A stretch of DNA of 25,691 nt from an uncultured Planctomycetaceae bacterium (GCA_964496575.1 CAZCAC010000127.1:1-25691), one strand, 5' to 3'; positions 8,310 through 15,875 are shown, numbered from the stretch's first letter. Program-made: numbers and translations. Notes: generated from the sequence alone by a model not told the origin.

Positions 8310-8450
8310 CGAGCTGCCTCCGTGGTGTGAAGTTGGTAAGACCGAGAAAGAGCTGAAGGTGTTGGCTGCCGCCGGGTGGGCGTCACCGGTAATCAAACTA
8401 TGATGTGCGCGGTTCTCGCAAGGGAAACTTTCCCCCCTCCTCACCCTCCG

Positions 8451-9614
8451 ATGCACCCCCTCAGGACCCTCCAGGCCGCCCTGCTCCTTCTCCTGGCCGC
8501 GAGCTGCACCAGCTGGCGTCCCGCCGAGGAGTACGAGGGGTGGACCCTGTACGTACAGTCCGGGGAGAGCGTCTCGATCGAGGAGTTCCACGGCGCGGTC
8601 CAGCCCGCTTTCGAGGCGGTCGAGGGCCTGCTCGGCCCCTTCAGCGACCCCGTCCGGGTTCACGCTTGGGATGGCGGGGTGCAGATGGACGCGGGGAATC
8701 ACGGGCACATCACTAGCGACGCCGACGAGGCGATCGAGGAGGTCCCCGGCATCGGCCCGGCGCGCGTGCGGGCCTTCCACACGCGGGGCTCCGGGGGACT
8801 CTTCGACCTCTCCGGGGTGTTCGTGGGCACCGCCGACACCGGCACCGCGGTGCACGAGCTGGTCCACGCCCACCTGGCGGAGGCGGGGGAGCGGTTGCCG
8901 CTGTGGTTCGAGGAGGGCTTCGCCATGATCCTCGGAGACGGCACCATGCGCGAGGGGCGGTGGATCGTCGACGGCCTCGCCTGCTGGCCGTGGCGGGAGC
9001 TGAGGTTGGCGGACCTGAGCGAGGAAGAGGTCGCCAAGTTGCTCACCCTTCGTTCCGGCGAGCCTCACTCGGTTCGCGACAACGTCCTGGTGCACTTCCT
9101 CGGCTGGGCGGTCGTCTTCGACCTGTACCGTGAGCTGGGAGTCCTCGACTGGCGTCGCTTGCTCGAGCGCTTCCAGGCCGCCTCGGATCCGGTGGCCGAG
9201 GCGCGCCGCCGTCTGCGCCGGACGCTGGACGAGGCCACGCCCGTCGGGTGGCTGGAGGAGCGGCTGGAGAGCGAGGACGTCGCGGTGCGGCTCGCCGCCG
9301 CGCGCGGGACCTGGAAGCTCCACTCCCTCGAGGTCCTCTGGCTCACCCTCGCGGCGATCCCGGGCGAGACCGACATCGAGGTCCGCGCGAGCCTGGCGGT
9401 CAACGCGCTGGCCGCCGCGGGGCAGGTCGAACACGGTCGGCGCACGCAACGACGACTCTGGCGGACGCTCTTGCCCGTGCTGCGCGAAGCCGAGCTGCCG
9501 GGGCCCGGCGAGACCTCCGCCTTGCGCACGCTCTACCGCGCGTATCGCTTCGGCAGCGAGCGCTACGACACGCAGGCGGCGCTGGAGCGGTTGGAGCGAT
9601 TCTGGGAGGAGTGA
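8451..9614 (+). CDS. Predicted lipoprotein zinc metallopeptidase (HExxH) with an alpha-helical, HEAT/PBS-like C-terminal region. Alternative upstream starts are GTG 8376 and ATG 8400.
   Basis: From ATG 8451: MHPLRTLQAALLLLLAASC, a signal peptide with lipobox LAAS-C. HELVH at 8853-8867 is followed by EEGFAM, a candidate third zinc ligand. The C-terminus has repeated amphipathic motifs (VAVRLAAARGTW..., EVRASLAVNALAAAG). Codon composition is diverse, unlike the antisense ORF. Confidence 0.65.
   Translation: MHPLRTLQAALLLLLAASCTSWRPAEEYEGWTLYVQSGESVSIEEFHGAVQPAFEAVEGLLGPFSDPVRVHAWDGGVQMDAGNHGHITSDADEAIEEVPGIGPARVRAFHTRGSGGLFDLSGVFVGTADTGTAVHELVHAHLAEAGERLPLWFEEGFAMILGDGTMREGRWIVDGLACWPWRELRLADLSEEEVAKLLTLRSGEPHSVRDNVLVHFLGWAVVFDLYRELGVLDWRRLLERFQAASDPVAEARRRLRRTLDEATPVGWLEERLESEDVAVRLAAARGTWKLHSLEVLWLTLAAIPGETDIEVRASLAVNALAAAGQVEHGRRTQRRLWRTLLPVLREAELPGPGETSALRTLYRAYRFGSERYDTQAALERLERFWEE
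9571..9614 (+). repeat. Left copy of a ~44-bp imperfect direct repeat (the last 14 codons plus stop of the metallopeptidase gene).
   Basis: 9571-9614 cgcaggcggcgctggagcggttggagcgattctgggaggagtga matches 10442-10485 agcgggccgcactggagaggttggagcggttcccggaggagtga at 36 of 44 positions. The encoded peptides are DTQAALERLERFWEE* and DKRAALERLERFPEE*. Confidence 0.6.
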
Positions 9615-9661
9615 GGACGGGCCGGTGGCGAGGGAATTAGCGGATTGATCAACAACGGGCG

Positions 9662-10063
9662 ATGGAAGCACCGTGCGTCGACTCGGCCATCCGGTCATGC
9701 TACCGTTCCGGTCCGATGAGAGCCGTGACCAGACAGGATCCGATTCCCCTCGACGAGCTGCGCAGTCTGGCTGCAGGCCGATTTGGCGATCTGGTCAAGG
9801 CGGTTGTCGACCTCGAACGGAGGATTCTGCTCGTAGACGCGGAGTTGCACGCCGACCAAGAAGCCGAGCTTCTCGCCGGCGGCTCGCAACAGCAAGATCT
9901 GTGGGGGATCAATCTCTATCCAGATCTGCCGGAGGACGAATGGCTCGAATTCGACTCGATGATCAACCTCCGTCCCTCCTCTGGGAATCGGTCCCGTGGC
10001 GTCGACGATCTCGCGACGCGGGAGAGGATCACTGCTCTGGTGGGCGAGCTGGTGCGCCGATGA
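9662..10063 (+). CDS. Hypothetical small protein, cassette gene 1 (about 115-133 aa; the start may be ATG 9716).
   Basis: Stop-free frame 9662-10063 with diverse amino-acid usage (…LDELRSLAAGRFGDLVKAVVDLERRILLVDAELHADQEAELLAGGSQQQDLWGINLYPDLPEDEWLEFDSMINLRP…). The TGA stop (10061-10063) overlaps the ATG (10060-10062) of the next gene in an ATGA arrangement. No family assignment can be made from memory. Confidence 0.55.
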   Translation: MEAPCVDSAIRSCYRSGPMRAVTRQDPIPLDELRSLAAGRFGDLVKAVVDLERRILLVDAELHADQEAELLAGGSQQQDLWGINLYPDLPEDEWLEFDSMINLRPSSGNRSRGVDDLATRERITALVGELVRR

Positions 10064-10401
10064 CGGACCAGAAGCAGCGGGAGATGGCGGCTCGTCGCTG
10101 GTGGACACTCACGCTGGCCGAGCAACTCGGCAACATCGGAAGTGAAGTCAGCCGAGCCCTGAAATGGCGAGGACGCAACCCTCGGATTGCTCAGGGAGCG
10201 GTCGAGCGTGCGCTGGAGCTGATCGACTTCACGCTCGATGACACCCGCCACCGTTCTTCCGTGGCCCGCCTCCGCGAGATCTGCAGGGTCCGGGAGACGC
10301 TCCTCGACTTTCTGGTGGGTACTAACGAGTACCGTTCGACCGAGACTACGCTTCAGCGCTACTTCGATGCATTCGCCGTGGCCGCGGCTCGGCGACGGTG
10401 A
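10060..10401 (+). CDS. Hypothetical 113-aa all-alpha protein, cassette gene 2. It weakly resembles MazG-like / all-alpha NTP-pyrophosphohydrolase-type small proteins.
   Basis: MTDQKQREMAARRWWTLTLAEQLGNIGSEVSRALKWRGRNPRIAQGAVERALELIDFTLDD… The two blocks LAEQLGNIGSEV and AVERALELIDFTL resemble the paired E-rich helices of MazG/dCTPase-like folds. This is an unverified recollection. It is ATGA-coupled to the upstream gene. Confidence 0.5.
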   Translation: MTDQKQREMAARRWWTLTLAEQLGNIGSEVSRALKWRGRNPRIAQGAVERALELIDFTLDDTRHRSSVARLREICRVRETLLDFLVGTNEYRSTETTLQRYFDAFAVAAARRR

Positions 10402-10441
10402 CGATCCCCCATCTATCCCGTTTGATCCTCTGGGACCGACA

Positions 10442-10485
10442 AGCGGGCCGCACTGGAGAGGTTGGAGCGGTTCCCGGAGGAGTGA
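10442..10485 (+). repeat. Right copy of the direct repeat: an orphan 19-codon 3' gene fragment (SSGTDKRAALERLERFPEE*).
   Basis: See the left copy. The frame opens only at 10426, right after a TGA, so this is a remnant and not a gene. Confidence 0.6.
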
Positions 10486-10647
10486 AGCGTGACGCATTCC
10501 TACCAACTACTCCGTATCCGTTCGTGGCACACCCCGAAGACGGCCGCCGTTCCGCGCCCAGCGCGGTGAATCCGCTCCGCTGGCCCTCTCCACTTTCGCC
10601 TCCTTATATATACTCCGGGGCTCCAACCCTCTGACCCATCCGCAGCC

Positions 10648-12984
10648 ATGCAGACCCTGAGCCCCATGCTGAATCCCGAGGCATTGTCCGCCCATCTCGG
10701 GCACTGGAAGAAGACCGGCGACCTGATCGATCAGTGCATCGACCTGATGCTGAACCTCCGCCAGAGCGGACACCCCGGTGGTTCGCGATCGAAGGTGCCG
10801 CTCCTCGTGGCGACGACCCTCGGCGTGATGCGCTGGGACATCCGGCGACCGGAGCTGGCCTTCGGCGACCGTTTCGTCCTCGTCGCCGGGCACGCCAACC
10901 CGGCGGTGTACGCGATGCTCGCGGTGTACAACGAGGCGCTGCGGATCCGCTACGAGCAGACGGGCGACGAGAAGTACCTCGTCCCCAACGCGGAGAACCG
11001 TCAGCTCACCTGGGAGGACCTGCTCACCCTGCGTCACCGCGGTGGTCTGCCGGGGCACGCGGAGATGGAAGGGAAGACCCTCTTCTTCAAGTTCAACACC
11101 GGACCGTCGGGCCACGGTGGTCCCGCGGCGTTCGGTGAGGCGGTGGCGCTCAAGCACGCCGGCGCGGGCGAGGTGAAGGTCTTCGCCATGGAAGGGGAAG
11201 GCGGACACTCCGCCGGTTGTCACCACGAGGTCAAGAACTCCGCGTGGGGCCTCGGGCTCGACAACCTCATCTACCTGATCGACTGGAACGACTTCGGGAT
11301 CGACACCCGCGCCAACAGCGAAGTGATGGCCGGGGACCCGAAGACGTGGTTCGAGCCGTACGGCTGGCGCACCGCCGGCACCGCGGACGGGGAGAACTAC
11401 GAGCAGCTCGGCCAGGCGCTGATGGACGTCGTCCAGGACTCGAAAACCGAAAAGCGCCCCGGGATGGTCTGGGCCAAGATGCGCAAGGGGCGCGGTTACT
11501 ATCTCTACGACGCCCCCAGCCACGGCAAGAGCCACGGCCGCAACTCCGAGATGTTCTGGAAGTGCCGGAAGGACTTCCAGGACCTCTACGGCGTCACCTT
11601 CGAAGGGTTCGGCGATACGAACGACCCCGGTGAGGACGCGGTCCGCGAGATGTCGAAGGGCTGGTTCGAGACTCTCTTCAGCGTGCTGCGCGACGACCAG
11701 GAGCTGGTCGAGTACCTCGCCGACCGCCTGGTCGAGCTGGGCGACTCGGTGCCTCAGAAGCCCGAGGGCTTCCACGCCATCAGCGGGACGAACCTCGCCG
11801 ATGACCGCTCGTGGCTGGACCTCGACAAGCTCCCCGACGAGCTCTTCGTCGCGCCCGGTGAGGGTGCCGCCAACAGGCAGGGCTTCGCCAAGTTCGGCGC
11901 CTGGGCCAACGCGAAGGCGAAGCAGGAAATGGACCGCCCGCTGTTCCTCGCCTGCTCGGCGGACCTCGCCGACTCGACCTCGATCAGCGGTTTCGGCAAG
12001 GGCTTCGGCGACTTCGAGGGCTACGGCTGGTACGAGCGCGACAAGTCCCCCGAGGGCGTGATGTTGCCGCAGCAGATCACCGAGTTCGCCAACGCCGGTC
12101 TGGTCACCGGAGCGGCGACCGTCAACATGTCGGCGGATCCGGAGAACAGCTACGACGGCTACTGGGCCACCTGCTCGACCTACGGTTCCTTCTCGTACCT
12201 CAAGTACGGGATGATGCGGCTGTTCAGCCAGCTGGCGCAGGACTGCCCGCTGAAGCTCGGCAAGGTGATCTGGGTCGCCGGTCATTCCGGTCCGGAGACC
12301 TGTGAAGACAGCCGGACGCACTTCGGCATCTTCGCGCCGGGCGTGACCCAGCTCTTCCCCGACGGCCACGTGATCAACCTCGTGCCGTGGGAGCACAACG
12401 AGGTCGCTCCGGCGCTCGCCGCCGCGCTGCAGACCGATGTGCCGATCATCGCGCTGCACCTGACTCGTCCGGGGGTCACCATCCCCGACCGCAAGGCGCT
12501 GGGCGTTCCCTCGCACCTGGAGGCGGCCAAGGGCGCGTACATCCTTCGTGACTTCGATCCCGCCCGTCCCCAGGAGGGCACGATCATCGTCCAGGGCACC
12601 AGCTCGACCGATTCGATCTTCGAGCTCCTGCCGCGCTTCGAGGAGCCCGGCGCTCCGAACCTCAAGATCGTGGCGGCGATCTCCTACGAGCTCTTCCAGC
12701 TCCAGCCTCGTGAGTACCGGAAGAAGGTGCTGCCGCGTGCCGACTGGATCGACTCGACGGTGATCTCCAACGGCGCCCGCCGCATGATGCACGACTGGCT
12801 GGCGCACAAGATCGCCGAGGACTACGCGATGACCTCCGACTTCGACAACCGCTGGCGCACCGGCGGCAGCCTCGAGGAGGTCAAGATCGAGGCCCAGCTC
12901 GATCCCGAGAGTCTCTGGAACGGGATGAAGAAGTTCGCCGCCGATCGCGACGAGCGGCTGCGGACGTTGACGCATCCGGGCTAG
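10648..12984 (+). CDS. Transketolase-family thiamine-diphosphate-dependent enzyme, atypically long at 778 aa.
   Basis: The transketolase N-terminal blocks GHPGGSRS, DRFVLVAGHANPAVYAML, LPGHAE and TGPSGHGGPAAFGEAVA are present. The ThDP/Mg site reads FAMEGEGGHSAG…LDNLIYLIDWNDFGID, with GEG in place of the canonical GDG (11194-11202). The Pyr domain and a C-terminal domain follow. The antisense 822-aa ORF is rejected. Confidence 0.85.
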   Translation: MQTLSPMLNPEALSAHLGHWKKTGDLIDQCIDLMLNLRQSGHPGGSRSKVPLLVATTLGVMRWDIRRPELAFGDRFVLVAGHANPAVYAMLAVYNEALRIRYEQTGDEKYLVPNAENRQLTWEDLLTLRHRGGLPGHAEMEGKTLFFKFNTGPSGHGGPAAFGEAVALKHAGAGEVKVFAMEGEGGHSAGCHHEVKNSAWGLGLDNLIYLIDWNDFGIDTRANSEVMAGDPKTWFEPYGWRTAGTADGENYEQLGQALMDVVQDSKTEKRPGMVWAKMRKGRGYYLYDAPSHGKSHGRNSEMFWKCRKDFQDLYGVTFEGFGDTNDPGEDAVREMSKGWFETLFSVLRDDQELVEYLADRLVELGDSVPQKPEGFHAISGTNLADDRSWLDLDKLPDELFVAPGEGAANRQGFAKFGAWANAKAKQEMDRPLFLACSADLADSTSISGFGKGFGDFEGYGWYERDKSPEGVMLPQQITEFANAGLVTGAATVNMSADPENSYDGYWATCSTYGSFSYLKYGMMRLFSQLAQDCPLKLGKVIWVAGHSGPETCEDSRTHFGIFAPGVTQLFPDGHVINLVPWEHNEVAPALAAALQTDVPIIALHLTRPGVTIPDRKALGVPSHLEAAKGAYILRDFDPARPQEGTIIVQGTSSTDSIFELLPRFEEPGAPNLKIVAAISYELFQLQPREYRKKVLPRADWIDSTVISNGARRMMHDWLAHKIAEDYAMTSDFDNRWRTGGSLEEVKIEAQLDPESLWNGMKKFAADRDERLRTLTHPG

Positions 12985-13010
12985 GTCGACGAGGTTTCGC
13001 CAGACATCAG

Positions 13011-13048
13011 GAGCGGCCTGCCCTCGGGGGTGGGCCGCTCTTCTTCAC
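13011..13048 (+). terminator. Rho-independent terminator for the transketolase-family gene.
   Basis: GAGCGGCC (13011-18), loop tgccctcgggggtg, GGCCGCTC (13033-40), then TTCTTCAC (13041-48). It starts 26 nt after the TAG at 12982-84. The T-tract overlaps the stop of the convergent gene at 13045. Confidence 0.55.
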
Positions 13049-13701
13049 GGTTGATACTCACGCAGGCGGTCGACGTGCGGCGCGAGGAGAGACTCGGCCT
13101 CGGCACGGTCCTCGAAACCCATGCCTCGAACTTCGACTCTCAGAATCTTCAGGTCAACGCGACATAGGAAAACGAATCTGACAGGCCTCTCTCCACGGTA
13201 GCCCACGGCGCATGCGGACTCATCGCCGAGCTCGAGTCCATCGAGCCTGCGCACCGTCAGTTGAGGCTTGTCCGGTAGGGTCCAGGCCGTGTCCTTCTCG
13301 AGCGAATCGCTTATCACGCTCCAGAGAATGGCGACCTTCCGCTCGTTTCCAAGGAATCGGCCCGTGTAAGCGTATACCTCCGACGAGATGGAGAATTCTT
13401 CCTCCCCGGTCCCGTCGTCATAGTAGCGGTAGTCCGGGTGTACGCTTCCCATGAGTGATGGTTGGCCATACCGGGTACACCACTCATGGGGATGCCGCCG
13501 CTCTCGGTCAGGGTCCAGATCCTCGATCGTGATCAACACGCCCCGATCGCGCGGCCGGACCTCCTGCGGGCTCCGATCCCCGTACAGCAGCGAGGGGCCA
13601 AACAGCACGCCGCCGATCGCCAGGCCCGCGAGCATCACCACTCCTGCCCCGACCCACCACTTCCAACTGAGGGCGCGGTTCCCCGCTCGCTTCCGTCTCA
13701 T
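13045..13701 (-). CDS. Hypothetical protein with an N-terminal signal-anchor (single TM); unknown function.
   Basis: ATG 13701, with AGGAG about 11 nt upstream. MRRKRAGNRALSWKWWVGAGVVMLAGLAIGGVLFG is a TM segment, followed by a non-repetitive, mixed-composition 180-aa domain. The gene lies 30 nt downstream of the QW-motif gene on the same strand. Confidence 0.6.
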   Translation of the reverse strand: MRRKRAGNRALSWKWWVGAGVVMLAGLAIGGVLFGPSLLYGDRSPQEVRPRDRGVLITIEDLDPDRERRHPHEWCTRYGQPSLMGSVHPDYRYYDDGTGEEEFSISSEVYAYTGRFLGNERKVAILWSVISDSLEKDTAWTLPDKPQLTVRRLDGLELGDESACAVGYRGERPVRFVFLCRVDLKILRVEVRGMGFEDRAEAESLLAPHVDRLREYQP

Positions 13702-13731
13702 GGTTCAGCTACTCCTGCTCTCCCGGGGAGA

Positions 13732-14547
13732 TCACCTTCCTCGATCCCCTGCGTACCTCCCGAGCAGACGGATATTCCTCACGAAAGTCCGCGGATCGAT
13801 GATACGACGGGTCGGATCGCCCTTCCCCCAGTAGCGCAGGGTCCCGTCCTCCAGCCGGGATCGCTCGTAGTACTCCAGCGCGCGAGGGATCGGCTCGAGA
13901 AAGCGCTCCTCGTCGTACACCTCGGCCGCGTAGAGCATCGTCTGGATGCACTCGCTGATCACGTCGTCGTTCAGGGTGTAATAGTCCCAATGCGCCTTGA
14001 TCCGCCGGTACTCGCCGTCCTCCCGGAGAGATGCGCGAAGCGAGGGGTCGCGACCAGTGTCCGGTGCGGGGCCGCGATAGACCTGCGCCCACGCCCCGTT
14101 TCGATGCTGCGCGGCGAGAAGGCTCTTCAGCGCCCGACGAGCCGCCTCTCCGACCTCTCGATCCTCGAACCCCGTCACCCGGTCGTATCTCACCAGGAAC
14201 CGAATGACCGACTGCGTTCGATCGTCGTCGAGGATGCTCAGGTCCCGCGCCTTCCGCACCGGCTCGCCATCGACGAGGTACGCCCGCCCGCGCCGTGCCT
14301 TCGGGTCGAAGTCGATCCGCTCGCACCAACCGCTGGAGTGGAGCTGCCCCTTCAGCAGCGCCCGGCTCGTCTCCCGCGCGGCCTCGAGGGCGGTGGGCTC
14401 CCCCGTCAGCTCGAAGACCTCGAGATAGCCGTCCCCGATGAAAGCGGTCCCCGGCGGCTCGACCCAGGCGGTGCGGTGGTCGAGCTTGCCCTCTCCCTCG
14501 CGTTTTTCGAGATCGGCGCTGTAGCGCCAAACGTACCCTCCCTCCAC
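13732..14547 (-). CDS. Hypothetical protein with two QW-type motifs (QxxxGxW), as found in prenyltransferase / squalene-cyclase-like alpha-alpha toroid repeats.
   Basis: GTG start at 14547; there is no upstream ATG/GTG/TTG before the in-frame stop at 14697-95. The motifs are LLKGQLHSSGW and LLAAQHRNGAW. No signal peptide. Composition is diverse (W, Y, F, K, I), unlike the antisense ORF 13462..14646. Confidence 0.55.
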   Translation of the reverse strand: MEGGYVWRYSADLEKREGEGKLDHRTAWVEPPGTAFIGDGYLEVFELTGEPTALEAARETSRALLKGQLHSSGWCERIDFDPKARRGRAYLVDGEPVRKARDLSILDDDRTQSVIRFLVRYDRVTGFEDREVGEAARRALKSLLAAQHRNGAWAQVYRGPAPDTGRDPSLRASLREDGEYRRIKAHWDYYTLNDDVISECIQTMLYAAEVYDEERFLEPIPRALEYYERSRLEDGTLRYWGKGDPTRRIIDPRTFVRNIRLLGRYAGDRGR

Positions 14548-14696
14548 CGCGACCTCGGTCCGGCAGAAGTGGATCGCGCGCCGGAGGGCGTCGTGCGCCT
14601 CCTCGCGGGCGGTCCCCTCGGGGTGGAGCCTCGGTTGCAGGAGTGAGGAGGCCGGTTCGCCCTTTTCTCGGTCTCGGGGGTAGTTATTCTGCCTTC

Positions 14697-15872
14697 ATGA
14701 AGATCCTCACCTCGATTTCGCTGCCGTGCCTCGTCGTTCTCGCTTCCTGCGCCGCCGCCCCCAAGGAAAAGGACTTCAACCAGCCGCTGCCGTACGGGGC
14801 ACCAGCCCTCCTGCGGGTGCTCGATGAAGGGGAGTGGCCCGATCTGCGGGAGGGGTATCTCCACCGCGACGAGCTGCTCGGGGCGCTCGAGCGGTCGATC
14901 GACTGGATGACCATCCCATCCTCGGAGAGCTTCTTCCCGATCGAAGGGATCTCCCACGCCCAGGCGGCGGCCAGCCTCGAGCGCTTCCGGACCCTCCTCT
15001 TGGAGTCCCCCGACGCGTCGAGCTTCGATGCCGCCCTGCGGCGGGAGTTCGCCCTCTACAAGAGCGCCGGGTGGGACGGCCAGGGCGGCGGAGTGCTCTT
15101 CACCGGATACTACACGCCGATCCTCGACGGCAGCCTCGAGGCGACGGCGAGCCATCGCTACCCGCTCTACGGCCTGCCGACCGACCTGGTCAAGGGGAGC
15201 GGCGGGGCCATCCTCGGACAGGCGACCGAGGCGGGGCTCCAGCCCTATCCGACGCGCGCGACGATCGAGGCGTCCGGGATGCTGCGCGACAAGGGGCTCG
15301 AGCTGGTCTGGTTCCAGAACCCCCTCGACGCCTTCATCGCCCACGTCAACGGCTCGGCGATCGTGCGCCTGCCCGACGGATCCGAGGAGCGCTTCGGCTA
15401 CGCCGGCAACAACGGCCGGGAGTACACCTCGCTCGCCCGCGAGCTGGTCGCGGCCGGAGAGCTCAGCGTCGAAGACTGCAATCTGCCCGCCCTCCGCCGC
15501 TGGGCCCTCGCGAATCCCGGCCGGGTCGAGAGCTTCCTGAACCGCAACGAGCGCTACGTCTTCTTCACCCCCATCGAGGGCAATCCCCGCGGCAGCCTCA
15601 ACGTCGAGGTCACCGAGGGGCGGACGCTGGCGACCGACAAGACGATCTTCCCGCGCGGTGGCGTGGTCTTCATCACCACCCACCCGCCCGGCGCGGACTA
15701 CACCGAAGGGGTCCAGCTGAGCCGCTTCATGCTCGACCAGGACACCGGAGGTGCGATCCGGACCGCCGGGCGCGCGGACGTCTACTTCGGCATCGGGGAG
15801 CGAGCGGAGGGGTTCGCGGGGCAGATGAAGGCGGAAGGGCAGCTCTACTACCTCTTCCTGGACCGCTACTAG
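14697..15872 (+). CDS. mltA: Membrane-bound lytic murein transglycosylase A (lipoprotein).
   Basis: Signal peptide MKILTSISLPCLVVLASC with lipobox LAS-C. MltA-family blocks are present: FTGYYTPILDGS…RYPLYGLPTDLV, NPLDAFIAHVNGSAIVRLPDGSEERFGYAGNNGREYTSLAREL, and a 3D-domain C-terminus RFMLDQDTGGAIRTAGRADVYFGIG…GQLYYLFL. Confidence 0.85.
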   Translation: MKILTSISLPCLVVLASCAAAPKEKDFNQPLPYGAPALLRVLDEGEWPDLREGYLHRDELLGALERSIDWMTIPSSESFFPIEGISHAQAAASLERFRTLLLESPDASSFDAALRREFALYKSAGWDGQGGGVLFTGYYTPILDGSLEATASHRYPLYGLPTDLVKGSGGAILGQATEAGLQPYPTRATIEASGMLRDKGLELVWFQNPLDAFIAHVNGSAIVRLPDGSEERFGYAGNNGREYTSLARELVAAGELSVEDCNLPALRRWALANPGRVESFLNRNERYVFFTPIEGNPRGSLNVEVTEGRTLATDKTIFPRGGVVFITTHPPGADYTEGVQLSRFMLDQDTGGAIRTAGRADVYFGIGERAEGFAGQMKAEGQLYYLFLDRY

Positions 15873-15875
15873 CGA

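Noticed and set aside
8422-8434. GGGAAAcTTTCCC perfect palindrome near the metallopeptidase start.
   Set aside because: A 6-bp-arm palindrome is expected several times by chance in 25 kb. Depending on the true start it lies inside the coding sequence (RETFPP). There is not enough support to call a regulatory site.
8310-9698. Upstream 460 codons of the 541-aa minus-strand ORF 8073..9698.
   Set aside because: Only the last 78 codons (8073-8309), with a perfect GGAGG RBS, look genuine. The rest is antisense to the HExxH lipoprotein gene and is Arg/Gly/Pro-rich low-complexity sequence.
10507-12975. 822-aa ORF on the minus strand.
   Set aside because: It is antisense to the transketolase-family gene. 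Its composition is dominated by R/G/L/V/D/H/P with no recognisable motifs. The plus-strand ORF has clear ThDP-enzyme blocks and diverse residues. This is a typical high-GC shadow ORF.
10648-12984. Phosphoketolase (Xfp) assignment for the 778-aa ThDP enzyme, suggested by its length.
   Set aside because: The N-terminal blocks (GHPGG, DRFVLVAGHA, LPGHAE, GEGG…N) follow the transketolase pattern and not the phosphoketolase pattern.
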